Shown: positions 38,663 to 48,728 of the stretch, in pieces
How positions within the stretch are numbered: the stretch's first letter is position 1
How the letters are laid out: each line of letters starts with the position of its first letter
Source of the DNA: a virus
Lineage: Duplodnaviria > Heunggongvirae > Uroviricota > Caudoviricetes
Length of the DNA stretch: 64,000 bases
Strand: one strand, 5' to 3'
Virus record (IMG/VR): IMGVR_UViG_3300024273_002067
Program-made: the position numbers and the translations under genes
The notes under the pieces: generated by a model
Told to the model about the DNA's origin: nothing
Database searches by the model: none
Seen by the model: only the letters and a program-made list of their open reading frames with translations

Positions 38663-39226
38663 TCACTTTTTCCCTCCATGAAAATCTCTTAAATAACTTT
38701 CTCTTTGATTTGGTGTCATTGATTGCATTTTAGAATTCATCCAAGAGGTTGTTGCGCCCATAGCGTCCTCTAAATGGTTTGTATTTGTTTTGTAATAAGC
38801 TCTAGAGCCACCTCTTCTAATGCCGCCCGCTCCAGGTACAACGTTAAGAGGTCTTCCAACTGGGTTTTGGTTCCATCCACCAATTATCCAAATTCCTCTA
38901 ATACACTGAATAATTAAATATATACAAAATACGCCACGCATTAACACTTGCGTGCCCTCTCCAAAGTTGAAAAAATCTAACAAAGAATTGAACATACTTT
39001 GATTAAATAAAAGAAATGCATTTACACTCAAGAAGAACAATCCCATGACAATTACAGCTAATGGATTTCTCCAATTCTTGTTTGGTCCTGTAAAAAATAA
39101 CTGAAAAACAAAAGCAATAAATGTTGCTACTAAATTAGAGTTAACATCATTTTTAGTATCATCAGATACCACATTATCACCTGGGTGTTTGCCGTATCTT
39201 TTTTCATATTCTTTAAACTTGCTCAT
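38663..39226 (-). CDS. Hypothetical membrane protein (about 3 TM segments)
   Basis: Three hydrophobic stretches; followed by a terminator. Confidence 0.7.
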   Translation of the reverse strand: MSKFKEYEKRYGKHPGDNVVSDDTKNDVNSNLVATFIAFVFQLFFTGPNKNWRNPLAVIVMGLFFLSVNAFLLFNQSMFNSLLDFFNFGEGTQVLMRGVFCIYLIIQCIRGIWIIGGWNQNPVGRPLNVVPGAGGIRRGGSRAYYKTNTNHLEDAMGATTSWMNSKMQSMTPNQRESYLRDFHGGKK

Positions 39227-39282
39227 AACTTTATTTTTAATGGTTATTATATAAACGAATTATTATGAAAAATATTACAATA

Positions 39283-40809
39283 TTAAATAACTTTTTTTAA
39301 AATTTTAGATATTGACAACTTTAAACCATCCTCTTTAAGTATGCCCTGCACTATCTGACTAGGACTTGGTCTTTTGGACTTAGATGTTTTGGCTGCTTTT
39401 TTTGTAACCTTTTTGACCTTTGGTTTTGAATTTATTTCTTTTTTTATGCTATCCATATAGCGTTGAGACACATTGTCAGCAACTATATTATTAATGACTT
39501 GTTGTCTAAAATTAGAAAAATAAGACATTATCCTATCTCTTTCTGCATCTTTATCCTTAAAAGTTTCGCCCTTTTGTTTAGGATATAAGAAAGCTAATGC
39601 TGGGTAATTTCCATAACCATCTATCCTGCCTTCTTTTGCTAGTCTTTTAAAAAAGTTTATATACTTAAAAAACCTTTCAGAATCTATATCTTCTATAAAT
39701 TTTAAAACTTTTTCTGACAACTCTTTATCGTTATTTAAGTCTATTTTATATCCACCAGGCATAGTTTTAAAGCCTGCTCTTTTTGTTTTTAAACTTAATT
39801 TACTAAGAACCTCTTCTTCAGAAGAAGACTCTTCACCCTTTTCCATCTTCTTCTCTTCGTAATCAGATGTTTTTACCTCTATTGACTGGACGCCTTTGTC
39901 TATATTCACAATTCCAGGTATTTGAAAATTACTTCCAATAGTTACATAAGACTTTTCAAAGTCTCCAGCACTTCTGTTGTACATTTCCCAAGATACATCT
40001 ATATCATTTATTTTCATATTCAAAGAGTCATAATCAACTCCTTTATCTATTTTGAGCAAATGTTCTGTATCATTATTGTCCACTATTTTTATTTGCAAAC
40101 CTTTCTTTACTTGTATAATAGATAACTTTTTGTGTTTAGTATTTTCCTTCGCCATTCTAAGTCCCATAACAAATCCAGAACCAATAGATGAGCCTCCTGA
40201 CTTAAAGTCCCAAGGCTCTATTTTGTAACCATCTGCACTTCCCAAATAATAACCATCTACCATCTGACCACCTGTAATGGCACCACCTTTAAAAACGCCC
40301 ATAAAAGCGCCACTCAGCCACTCTCCTCTAAATGTAATTAACTGCCCTTTTACTGCACCTCTAGCCTTTCTTTTAGATTTAGTCAACCCTAAAGTCTCAG
40401 CCTTCCAAGAGCCTTTAAATATCCAAACTAAAGATGGATGCAACTTTTCAACTTTTGCTTGATTTGAAGTATGAACTAATGTTCCCTTTGCACTCGTTTC
40501 TTCCTCATCAACTTCAAAAGCTAAATAAGGAATTAATAAGTCGTCAATTTTTTTTGAATAATTTTCTCCAACCTTATAAAGTCCTGGCTTTCCCATGACT
40601 GCCTTTTGTTCGCTATCCGAACCACTTGAAGCTACATATTTTAGATAATCTTGATTTGGAGTTTTAGGAGTAGAGCCCTTTGCATCAGAGTCCGTATACC
40701 TATTACCGCCTAAACCACCAACAAAAGACTTTAATTTATGACCAATGTTGCCCAAAATCTCATCTAACCTTTTTTCAATGTCTTCTATATTGTCTTCGTA
40801 ATTTTCCAT
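39283..40809 (-). CDS. Hypothetical protein, possibly virion-associated
   Basis: 508-aa ORF with a Gly/aromatic beta-rich segment. Confidence 0.7.
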   Translation of the reverse strand: MENYEDNIEDIEKRLDEILGNIGHKLKSFVGGLGGNRYTDSDAKGSTPKTPNQDYLKYVASSGSDSEQKAVMGKPGLYKVGENYSKKIDDLLIPYLAFEVDEEETSAKGTLVHTSNQAKVEKLHPSLVWIFKGSWKAETLGLTKSKRKARGAVKGQLITFRGEWLSGAFMGVFKGGAITGGQMVDGYYLGSADGYKIEPWDFKSGGSSIGSGFVMGLRMAKENTKHKKLSIIQVKKGLQIKIVDNNDTEHLLKIDKGVDYDSLNMKINDIDVSWEMYNRSAGDFEKSYVTIGSNFQIPGIVNIDKGVQSIEVKTSDYEEKKMEKGEESSSEEEVLSKLSLKTKRAGFKTMPGGYKIDLNNDKELSEKVLKFIEDIDSERFFKYINFFKRLAKEGRIDGYGNYPALAFLYPKQKGETFKDKDAERDRIMSYFSNFRQQVINNIVADNVSQRYMDSIKKEINSKPKVKKVTKKAAKTSKSKRPSPSQIVQGILKEDGLKLSISKILKKVI

Positions 40810-40816
40810 TTTGTTA

Positions 40817-41308
40817 CTATTTAAGTTGTAGCCAATTTCTTACATAGTTATTTAAAGCTGCAGTAGGAGTTTTTTTAGACAACAATTTTTTGGTATTTAA
40901 AGACAAGTTTCTCAAGTCGTTAATAAGACTTGCACTTATAGCCCCATTCCTACCAGCTACATCATCAAAGCCTCTTTGCATTAATGATTTATATTGTTTA
41001 AATAAATCTTTTATTTTTTCAGAAAAAGATTCCTTATCACCACCAAAATATGAAGACAACAAAATAGACTCAATTTTTTCAAAAGCATCTTTCATCATCT
41101 TTTCACTTTTTTTATCTAAAATATTACTCTTATCAAAAACGGGATGTTCGTACCAAGTTTTAACATCTTTTAAATCCTTACTAGATGAATTATTAATACC
41201 TTTATCATTTTTTTTTAAATGCTTGAAATTTCCAAACATACCCCCAGGAGGAGCTTCATTTAAAAATGATTCTCTAATCAACTTTCTTACATAAGATTTA
41301 CTATTCAT
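40817..41308 (-). CDS. Hypothetical protein with RKLIRE..LNE N-terminus
   Basis: TATTTAT upstream; N-terminus shared with other putative virion proteins. Confidence 0.7.
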   Translation of the reverse strand: MNSKSYVRKLIRESFLNEAPPGGMFGNFKHLKKNDKGINNSSSKDLKDVKTWYEHPVFDKSNILDKKSEKMMKDAFEKIESILLSSYFGGDKESFSEKIKDLFKQYKSLMQRGFDDVAGRNGAISASLINDLRNLSLNTKKLLSKKTPTAALNNYVRNWLQLK

Positions 41309-41351
41309 AACAATACAGTTTATATATAGATATAAATAGTAAAATTTTTAT

Positions 41352-41380
41352 AAAAAAAAAGCTCAAATTTTAATTTGAGC
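41352..41380 (-). terminator. Intrinsic terminator
   Basis: GCTCAAATT-AA-AATTTGAGC followed by T9. Confidence 0.75.
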
Positions 41381-41409
41381 CTTATATAATATAGTTTTTT
41401 TTATTTTCT

Positions 41410-41625
41410 TTATCTAAAGTCTTTAACTTCTATAACACTATAAAGCCAGCCACTGTCAGTGTTTGAATTTAATATGTCGCACATTCTATTAACCTCTTTA
41501 ATGTCATCAGATTCGTAAACCTCAGAATTTCCATCTAGCATCAAAACATGAGCAGGCCTTCCATTAGGTTGTTTCATAAGTTTCTTTATTTGGTAAGAGC
41601 TTTTTTTGATTGCTTTACTCAACAT
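41410..41625 (-). CDS. Hypothetical protein
   Basis: 71-aa ORF on the coding strand, ending before a terminator. Confidence 0.65.
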   Translation of the reverse strand: MLSKAIKKSSYQIKKLMKQPNGRPAHVLMLDGNSEVYESDDIKEVNRMCDILNSNTDSGWLYSVIEVKDFR

Positions 41626-41629
41626 AACA

Positions 41630-42007
41630 CTATTGATTTACTAAGTGATAAAATTCACTCTCTTTTGACTCAACAATAGACTTCACTTTCTCATTCAATA
41701 AACTATTTCTTGAACTAGTAAATAAATTTGCTAAAGAATCAAATTCAGACTGATTCATTGAGAAATCTTTATAATTTACAAACTCCCCAAAAACTACACC
41801 TAAAGAATAGTCATAACCAGTCGTTCCTTTTGTGGTTTCTTGTGCAGATATATAAAGAGATATTCCATCTGATATATTTAGCACATAATAAGGACTTCCA
41901 TCAGAACCCTCCACCAAAAATGAAGTGTCTTGACTTAAACTATTACACATCCTTGTCCATAAAGATAGTATCTGCTCTTTTCTGAGGGTTGATTTTTCGT
42001 GTCTCAT
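41630..42007 (-). CDS. Hypothetical protein
   Basis: 125-aa ORF on the coding strand. Confidence 0.65.
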   Translation of the reverse strand: MRHEKSTLRKEQILSLWTRMCNSLSQDTSFLVEGSDGSPYYVLNISDGISLYISAQETTKGTTGYDYSLGVVFGEFVNYKDFSMNQSEFDSLANLFTSSRNSLLNEKVKSIVESKESEFYHLVNQ

Positions 42008-42103
42008 TTTAATTTTTTTTTTAATTATATGCTAATTTACGTATAAAATTCTATTATACAAAAATTTATTTAAATTTAATATTTTTAAACTCTTGATTTA
42101 TCT

Positions 42104-43087
42104 TTATTTAGACTTAGCTTGGCTTCTTGCTTTGTTTGATGCTTGTCTGTCTGCTGCATTTTTCTTTTCCACCTCTTCTTGTATTCTTTGCATTACCCAC
42201 CTTCTTTCGTAAACTGGCATATTAAAAACATCATCTCTTGAAAATCCACCTTTTCCATAGTATGTAATTAAAAACACTTCATCCATCATATGCTGTCTAT
42301 ATTCGGGATTTAATCCAAAAAAGTTAGTATCTATAGGTATTTTATTTTCTATAACATGTCCACAAGAATTGCAAGCCGTCCTTACAGTGTTGTCAACACC
42401 TGGCTCTACTTCATCCATGTAAGCCCTTAACTTAGCAGAATCACCTAATGGCATTGACTTTATCACCCTTTTGATAAGACCTACGTCTCTCACGCCATTT
42501 ATGCTAGTTATTTGATTTCTATAAGTGACTTCTATTCTATTTTCCAACTTTAAGTCTCCAATTTTTCTCGCTTCTTTTTCAACAGTTTTTATTATCCTTC
42601 TTTCGTCTGCCAATGTTTTAGGCTTAAACTTAATGACAACACTTTCTCCTTTTATTTTCATTGTAGGCATTACAAATGTATACTCTAAATTTTCATCTGG
42701 CATGTCTTTAATTTCTTTCATTTCTAGCCCAGACAAGTTGAAGCTTGATTCTGATTCCACTTGGCAATTAGAGCACTTGATGGTAAATGAAATTTTATCA
42801 CCATAAGAGGTAGACCTTAGGTACACCATAAAAGCGTCCCTATCTCCTATTAATAGCTTGTCTATATCACCTTCCCAATCCAACAAAGAAGAGCTCATTA
42901 ACATCTCCAAGGCTCTGCCAGAATCTATTAAGGTCGGAGAAGTTAACAAATTTTCCTCTTTAGCAGTAATATACTTGACTAGAAATGTTTCTTTTTTGTC
43001 CTCATAAAAAATGCCCCTTGATGGGATGGAAATCTCATCAAAGGGCACACTGTTTTCTCTTACTATTTTCCTGTGAGATTCAGACAT
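42104..43087 (-). CDS. Tail/baseplate assembly chaperone (gp26-like), long form with C-terminal extension
   Basis: IPSRGIFY, KYITAKEENLLTS, GDRDA, STSYG, two CxxC; extension ..YYGKGGFSRDDVFNMPVYERR. Confidence 0.75.
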   Translation of the reverse strand: MSESHRKIVRENSVPFDEISIPSRGIFYEDKKETFLVKYITAKEENLLTSPTLIDSGRALEMLMSSSLLDWEGDIDKLLIGDRDAFMVYLRSTSYGDKISFTIKCSNCQVESESSFNLSGLEMKEIKDMPDENLEYTFVMPTMKIKGESVVIKFKPKTLADERRIIKTVEKEARKIGDLKLENRIEVTYRNQITSINGVRDVGLIKRVIKSMPLGDSAKLRAYMDEVEPGVDNTVRTACNSCGHVIENKIPIDTNFFGLNPEYRQHMMDEVFLITYYGKGGFSRDDVFNMPVYERRWVMQRIQEEVEKKNAADRQASNKARSQAKSK

Positions 43088-43989
43088 TAAACCTTAGCAT
43101 TAGGCCAAAAAAGTTTAGCAGTTATAGGAACCTCTTGAGCATATAGGGCTCCACAACTATTGCACTGAAAATCGTAATTTAAATCTATACCAGGCTCCAT
43201 GTGTCTTAGATATTCTCTAAAAAAGAAACTGTCTGCTATAGGCATAACTCCTATGAATTTTTTAATATAAGTTTTGTCTCTATTTCCATTAACATCCATT
43301 ATTTGTAACAAATACCTCTCAGTAAGCACAGTTGCAACCTTGAACTTTCCTCTCATAGTCTTTTTGCCAGTTTCACCAATCTTTTGTAACCTAGTCTCAT
43401 CCGCTCCTGTCAAAAGTCTAAATTTAATATTTGCTTTAGACTTAGGTAGCATAACACTAAAGAACCCCTCTGAGTCTGGTGAGTCCTTAATTTCCTTGTC
43501 GCCTAATGACGAAAGTAGTATAGTGTTCACGTTAGTTTCATCGCAAGTAGGACAGCTTGTCTTAGTTTCATACTCATCACCGTATCCAGTGATTCTTAAG
43601 TTAATTAATACAGCATTTCTGTCCCCAGTAAGCATTTCTTCTGGCGTTATTTCTTTGTCAATCAACGCATTTTGTAACAAAACATCTAAAACCTTACCAC
43701 TTTTAATAAGGTCGGTACTTGTTAAAATGTTTTCATCATCAGCCGTTAAATACTTTACTTCAACAGTTTTTTTTCCATTTGGATAAAATGCGCCATTAGA
43801 AGGTAGGTCTATAAAATCGGTTGGAACTTCAAATTCAGTATCTATAAATTGAGCTGGTATATCGTGTTTTGCAGCAACATTTTGAGCTCTAGACTGAGGC
43901 TCTGTATGCGTCTGGGCCGTTGAGCCCTGACCTTGTGAAGGGTTAGTTCTTGATTGAACTGTTGGTTCTAAAGGATTATTTTCTTCCAT
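43087..43989 (-). CDS. Tail/baseplate assembly chaperone (gp26-like), short form
   Basis: LPSNGAFY, KYLTADDENILTS, GDRNA, RITGYG, two CxxC, ends LFWPNAKV; clear paralog of the neighbour. Confidence 0.75.
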   Translation of the reverse strand: MEENNPLEPTVQSRTNPSQGQGSTAQTHTEPQSRAQNVAAKHDIPAQFIDTEFEVPTDFIDLPSNGAFYPNGKKTVEVKYLTADDENILTSTDLIKSGKVLDVLLQNALIDKEITPEEMLTGDRNAVLINLRITGYGDEYETKTSCPTCDETNVNTILLSSLGDKEIKDSPDSEGFFSVMLPKSKANIKFRLLTGADETRLQKIGETGKKTMRGKFKVATVLTERYLLQIMDVNGNRDKTYIKKFIGVMPIADSFFFREYLRHMEPGIDLNYDFQCNSCGALYAQEVPITAKLFWPNAKV

Positions 43990-44078
43990 AATTTATTTTT
44001 ATTTATTAATTATAAATAGTATTGTCTAATTTTTATCAAATTTAACAATGCATTACCAAAAGTAAATAGTAGTTTATC

Positions 44079-44546
44079 ATGAATGAAGAAGAGAAAAAGA
44101 AAAAAGTAGCATCTATATTGAGAAGAACAAAAAGGCAATTACTTAAGCCGAAAAATAAAATAAAAAAAATAAAATACCTTCAAGCTCAAGCTTATAGAAT
44201 GAGTAAGAATACGACTTGGCCAGAAAAAGAGTTTGAGTCAGTTCTGAAAGAGATGAATATAGAATACGAATCTCAAAAAATATTAAAAGGAAAAATATTT
44301 GACTATTACATACCATCATGTAATGTACTATGCGAGGTTGATGGAGATTATTATCATGGAAATGAGGAAAAATATGATGTATTAAGTGAAATGCAAAAAA
44401 AAATAAAGCAAAATGACAGATACAAAAACATTATATCTAAAGGCATGGGGTATGGTATATTTAGAGTTTGGGAATCAGAACTAAAAGACAATAGAGAACT
44501 TGTAAAGGAAAGGATTAGAAATGAAATATTAATTCAAAAACTCTAA
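44079..44546 (+). CDS. Vsr/DUF559-like endonuclease
   Basis: TWPEKEF, FDYYIP, CEVDGDYYHG, RVWESE. Confidence 0.8.
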   Translation: MNEEEKKKKVASILRRTKRQLLKPKNKIKKIKYLQAQAYRMSKNTTWPEKEFESVLKEMNIEYESQKILKGKIFDYYIPSCNVLCEVDGDYYHGNEEKYDVLSEMQKKIKQNDRYKNIISKGMGYGIFRVWESELKDNRELVKERIRNEILIQKL

Positions 44547-46862
44547 TTCAGCCTCTGTCTCTTCATAGTGTTCTTTTAAAAACTTCTTTAAAGACGTCTG
44601 TCTATAGTTGGGATTTATATTATTCACCCCTCTACTAAACGCATCTCTTTCACCTATTAGTATAGCCATACTCCTAGCCCTAGTTATGCCTGTGTATATT
44701 AAGTTTCTATATAACATAATATTATGCTCACTAAGTACAGGCATTATTACAACTTGAAACTCTGAACCTTGAGATTTGTGTATACTAATGCTGTAAGCTA
44801 ATTCTATTTCTAAAATGTTGTTTCTTTCATATTGTACCAATTTTGAACTACTAACATTTTCATAACTTATAATTAAACTAGCGTCTTTTGAGTTTATTGT
44901 TTTTATGTAACCTATATCACCATTAAAAACATTTAGGTCATAATTATTTGAAGTCTGTATGACTCTATCACCCTCCCTATAAACCCTATCTCCTATTTTA
45001 ATTTCTTTTCTATTCTTTGATTCAGGATTTACCTCTTGTTGAATTCTTTTATTTATTTCTTTAGTTCCTATAGAACCTTTATTCATAGGTGTGAGTATTT
45101 GTATTTCACATTTTTCTCCCATATATTTTTTTACAGTATCAGAATACAGCTTGACAATCATATCAAGAGCATTCATTCCATATTTAAACGTAGAAAAATC
45201 AACTGACTTACACATTCTTTTATCCATAGAAGAATCTATAAACATACAATCAACACCATCTTTCCATATGCTAGGAGATTTTATTGGAGTTTCTATACTG
45301 GGTGTTTGGCCTTTATTTATTTGGTGTGCGTAACTAATTATTTGAGACTTTTCAGCTTGTCTAAAAACTTTCTGTAAATTATAAATCTTTATGCAGTTAC
45401 TTTCAATTAAATCTGACATCAAATTTCCAATACCAACAGATGGCAATTGGTCCTTATCTCCAACTAACAATATTTGAGTACTTGGAGATATAGCTCTAAA
45501 AAAAGATGCGGCCAGCCTTATGTCTATCATAGATGATTCGTCAAGAATGATAAAGTCACAATCTAACATATCTTTTTCCGACTTCCTAAAATTACTATTA
45601 CCAGCATCCCACTTTAAAAGTCTGTGAATAGTTTTAGATTGAGAACCTATAACCTCTGACATTCTTTGTGCAGCCCTACCTGTTGGTGCGGCCAACAAGA
45701 CTTCTTTGCCCATAGAGATAAGCATGTCGTAAACATATTTAACCGCTGTTGTCTTACCTACCCCTGGGCCTCCCGTCAAAACAGACAAACCATTTGATAA
45801 TACACCTATCACAGAACTTAGCTGCTCATCACTTAAACTTATGTCAGACAAGTCTAGCATGGCGTTTAACTTTTTTTGTAAACCTTCTTTATTATTTGCA
45901 TATACTTTTTTAGACAGTCTAATCACTTTTTCAGCAACATACTTTTCGTCATAATAAACATCTCTTGAATAATATCTTTTATCTTCTAAATTATCTGTTT
46001 GAAATTTAACACAAACTATACTTTCTTCCAACTCTTCTTTTTCTAATATTTTAGATATTTTTTCTGACGAATCTATATTTATTAATTTATATAACCTTTT
46101 TTTAATTTGTTTTTTAGTTAAATAACAATGTCCATCAGATTGATTATTTGATAATATATAATGAATAGCAGCAGATACTCTTTCTTCGCTGTCTTTTTTG
46201 AATCCCAAGCTTATAGCTAACTTATCTGCCATAATAAATCCAAACCCACTAATATCTGTAGCTGATTTGTAAGGATTCTTTTTTAATATAGGTATTGAAC
46301 TTATTCCGTACTCTTTATAAATTTTCACTGAGAAAACAGTACTAATCATATGCTCCTGCAAGAACAACATAATATTATTCATTTCCTGATTGCTCTTCCA
46401 ACTATCTTTTAGAACTTTCAACTTACTTACGTGTATGCCAGAAACTTCTGTAAGCCTGTGTATGTTATTTCTAAACACATCTAACGCCTCATCTCCAAAG
46501 TATTTTACAATCTTTTTTGCAGTGACAGGACCTATTCCTGGAAAGAATCCAGAGCTAAGATATTTAATAACAGCTTCTGTTGTTGCTGGAGGTATCTCTT
46601 GACAGGAATCAGCCTTAAATTGATGTCCAAACTTAGGGTGCTTAGTCCATGAGCCAGAAAATTTCATAGTCACCCCCTCAAATATCTTAGGCTGGTTGAC
46701 GGTTACTGTCACATTGTCTTTTGCTTCTTTTTCTCCAACAATTTCTACGCTTAAAATTCCATACCCATTTAATGGATTGTGAAACTTAACTCTTTTTATA
46801 ACACCTTCAAAAGATTTTGGTTTTTTTTCTAAGTAATTCATTTTAAAAGTTTTTAATTTCAC
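44529..46862 (-). CDS. recD2: RecD2-like SF1B helicase (likely start ATG 46841)
   Basis: N-terminal OB and HhH (FFPGIGPVTA), TGGPGVGKT, AAPTGRAA, DESSM, VGDKDQLPSVG, HKSQGSEF, YTGITRA. Confidence 0.93.
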   Translation of the reverse strand: MKLKTFKMNYLEKKPKSFEGVIKRVKFHNPLNGYGILSVEIVGEKEAKDNVTVTVNQPKIFEGVTMKFSGSWTKHPKFGHQFKADSCQEIPPATTEAVIKYLSSGFFPGIGPVTAKKIVKYFGDEALDVFRNNIHRLTEVSGIHVSKLKVLKDSWKSNQEMNNIMLFLQEHMISTVFSVKIYKEYGISSIPILKKNPYKSATDISGFGFIMADKLAISLGFKKDSEERVSAAIHYILSNNQSDGHCYLTKKQIKKRLYKLINIDSSEKISKILEKEELEESIVCVKFQTDNLEDKRYYSRDVYYDEKYVAEKVIRLSKKVYANNKEGLQKKLNAMLDLSDISLSDEQLSSVIGVLSNGLSVLTGGPGVGKTTAVKYVYDMLISMGKEVLLAAPTGRAAQRMSEVIGSQSKTIHRLLKWDAGNSNFRKSEKDMLDCDFIILDESSMIDIRLAASFFRAISPSTQILLVGDKDQLPSVGIGNLMSDLIESNCIKIYNLQKVFRQAEKSQIISYAHQINKGQTPSIETPIKSPSIWKDGVDCMFIDSSMDKRMCKSVDFSTFKYGMNALDMIVKLYSDTVKKYMGEKCEIQILTPMNKGSIGTKEINKRIQQEVNPESKNRKEIKIGDRVYREGDRVIQTSNNYDLNVFNGDIGYIKTINSKDASLIISYENVSSSKLVQYERNNILEIELAYSISIHKSQGSEFQVVIMPVLSEHNIMLYRNLIYTGITRARSMAILIGERDAFSRGVNNINPNYRQTSLKKFLKEHYEETEAELEFLN

Positions 46863-47979
46863 TATCTATATCATCAACCAAAAACATGCCCAAAGACTTC
46901 ATTCCCAATGATAAATCTTCCATCATTCCTGACAAAAACGTTCTAACATTGTCATCTTGATGCAAATCGTATTCTGATTTGTTTAATATTTTATTTATGT
47001 TTTCACAATGATTAATTAAAGATTTATATAAAATATTAGGATTATAATACCATGAAGACTTATCTTTATGATATGATAAAACATTAGAATTAAAGGTGTC
47101 TTTTCCATCTGTAAATATATCCATATCTAACAACTTAAGGTAGGTTTCAGTAATTAAAAAACCTCCACAATCAAAATGATTACCTTTTTTAGGTATATCT
47201 ATTTCTATTTCTGAAGATGTAAAGTCATTAGAAAATATTTCTCCTACTATTATATTGTAATATACTTTGAAATTTTCTACTCCAAAAATGTCATTTAGAC
47301 GATTTATTATATCTTCAAAATAATCACCATTTAAACCCTTTACCTTTAAGCCAGGTAAGTATACTTTTTTAATTTGAGAGTCTGTACGTTCTTTAAGTAT
47401 TTTTTCTTTGTTTTTTTTAACATATTCTTGCGTAAATATTTGTAATACACTTTTATCAGGGTCTGCACCCAAAAGTCTACCTTTAACATAATCAATCGGC
47501 TCTACATTTGACTTTAAATCTTCTGTAAATATTAAATTATCTGATTTATTCTTAAAAGCACCACTCATTGTATGGAAGTATTTTAGTCTTGACTTTGAGT
47601 AACTGTTGTCTGAGTAATTGAAGATATATGAATAACTTTTTTCACATATTCCTGAAGATTTTAAAAACTTAGAAAAAACAAATGCCATAAAATCATCTTT
47701 AGACATTTTTTTACCCTTAGTCTTATTAAATCCTGAAACATACGTGAATGGCTTTCTTTTTTCAAAATATTTTGATATATCAAAAGAGCTTGGATATAAA
47801 ATGTCACACCTTTCATTATTTATGACGTTGTATTTAAGCCCAGCATCTTTCAGCCACATCAAATTTCTAACAATGTCAGGATTTTTTTTAGTATCTAAGT
47901 TGTGTGGAAAATATAATTTTAATTTACCTCCCTCTATCTCATCAAACACATAATTGTGTAAAATTTTTACTTCACTCAT
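46843..47979 (-). CDS. Hypothetical protein
   Basis: 378-aa ORF translationally coupled to neighbours. Confidence 0.7.
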   Translation of the reverse strand: MSEVKILHNYVFDEIEGGKLKLYFPHNLDTKKNPDIVRNLMWLKDAGLKYNVINNERCDILYPSSFDISKYFEKRKPFTYVSGFNKTKGKKMSKDDFMAFVFSKFLKSSGICEKSYSYIFNYSDNSYSKSRLKYFHTMSGAFKNKSDNLIFTEDLKSNVEPIDYVKGRLLGADPDKSVLQIFTQEYVKKNKEKILKERTDSQIKKVYLPGLKVKGLNGDYFEDIINRLNDIFGVENFKVYYNIIVGEIFSNDFTSSEIEIDIPKKGNHFDCGGFLITETYLKLLDMDIFTDGKDTFNSNVLSYHKDKSSWYYNPNILYKSLINHCENINKILNKSEYDLHQDDNVRTFLSGMMEDLSLGMKSLGMFLVDDIDSEIKNF

Positions 47980-48356
47980 AATTGATTGTTTTCATCATTT
48001 TCATTGTCTTGCTCTATAATTTCTGCATTTATAGCCTCTTGATAAATGTCTATAGCCTGAGAACTAAAAACAACATAATTAGCAACTCCACTTATCATTT
48101 CGCCTCCTCTTTCGCTAATTATTCTAGAACACTCTTGAATGCCATCACTCAACTGCCTTCCCCATTCTTTATTCATATCTTCTATGATTTTTTTGTTAAA
48201 AAACTCTAACAACAAAAATCTTTTATTTGAATTATTTGAAGCAGCAATAGATTTGTTTGATTTAGAAAATGGTGACTCAAATTTCTTTTTAGACATGTCC
48301 CAAAGGGAGCTTTTGTCCTTATCTTCACGATTTTCTCCTTCTCTTTTTAACATCAT
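47976..48356 (-). CDS. Short protein with a segment resembling a gp23-like major capsid protein
   Basis: KEWGRQLSDGIQECSRII...GVANYVVFSSQAIDIY versus recalled MCP block KDWNQTLIT.IN..SAQI...GGANWIVVSSE.SAIF. Confidence 0.5.
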   Translation of the reverse strand: MMLKREGENREDKDKSSLWDMSKKKFESPFSKSNKSIAASNNSNKRFLLLEFFNKKIIEDMNKEWGRQLSDGIQECSRIISERGGEMISGVANYVVFSSQAIDIYQEAINAEIIEQDNENDENNQL

Positions 48357-48357
48357 T

Positions 48358-48726
48358 TCACTTTTTTGCCGTTAGAACATGTGGACCATCTTTTATTATC
48401 TTATGATTTTTAACACCATCTTTTTTAAAAGACTTTTGCTTTACTCTTTTGTAATCTAATCCTAAATCATTAAAATACTCTTCCATAGTTGGTAGTGCTA
48501 GATTGAAATAGTCACATATGGTTTCTTCATACTCTTTTATCTCATCTGATTCCAAGTCATCAGTGTTTATTTCAAATCCAGAAACATAATTTACTTGTTC
48601 TTTATCTATTTCAGTAAAAGAATTAAAAGATTCTTTTAAAAATTTTGGCGCAATAATGTTTCTCACAGATTCTTCACCATCTTTTTTGATATAATCGAAT
48701 GTTATTTTCCTTATAAAATCAGTCAT
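48358..48726 (-). CDS. Possible WYL-like domain protein
   Basis: ITFDYIKKDGEESVRNIIAP resembles the WYL signature F.Y....G..S.R.I.P. Confidence 0.45.
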   Translation of the reverse strand: MTDFIRKITFDYIKKDGEESVRNIIAPKFLKESFNSFTEIDKEQVNYVSGFEINTDDLESDEIKEYEETICDYFNLALPTMEEYFNDLGLDYKRVKQKSFKKDGVKNHKIIKDGPHVLTAKK

Positions 48727-48728
48727 TT

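Noticed and set aside
43087-43115. Frameshift joining the upstream chaperone to the downstream one
   Set aside because: The -1 frame hits TAA immediately (GCC TAA) and the +1 frame stops after FFGLMLRFNV, so no fusion product results.
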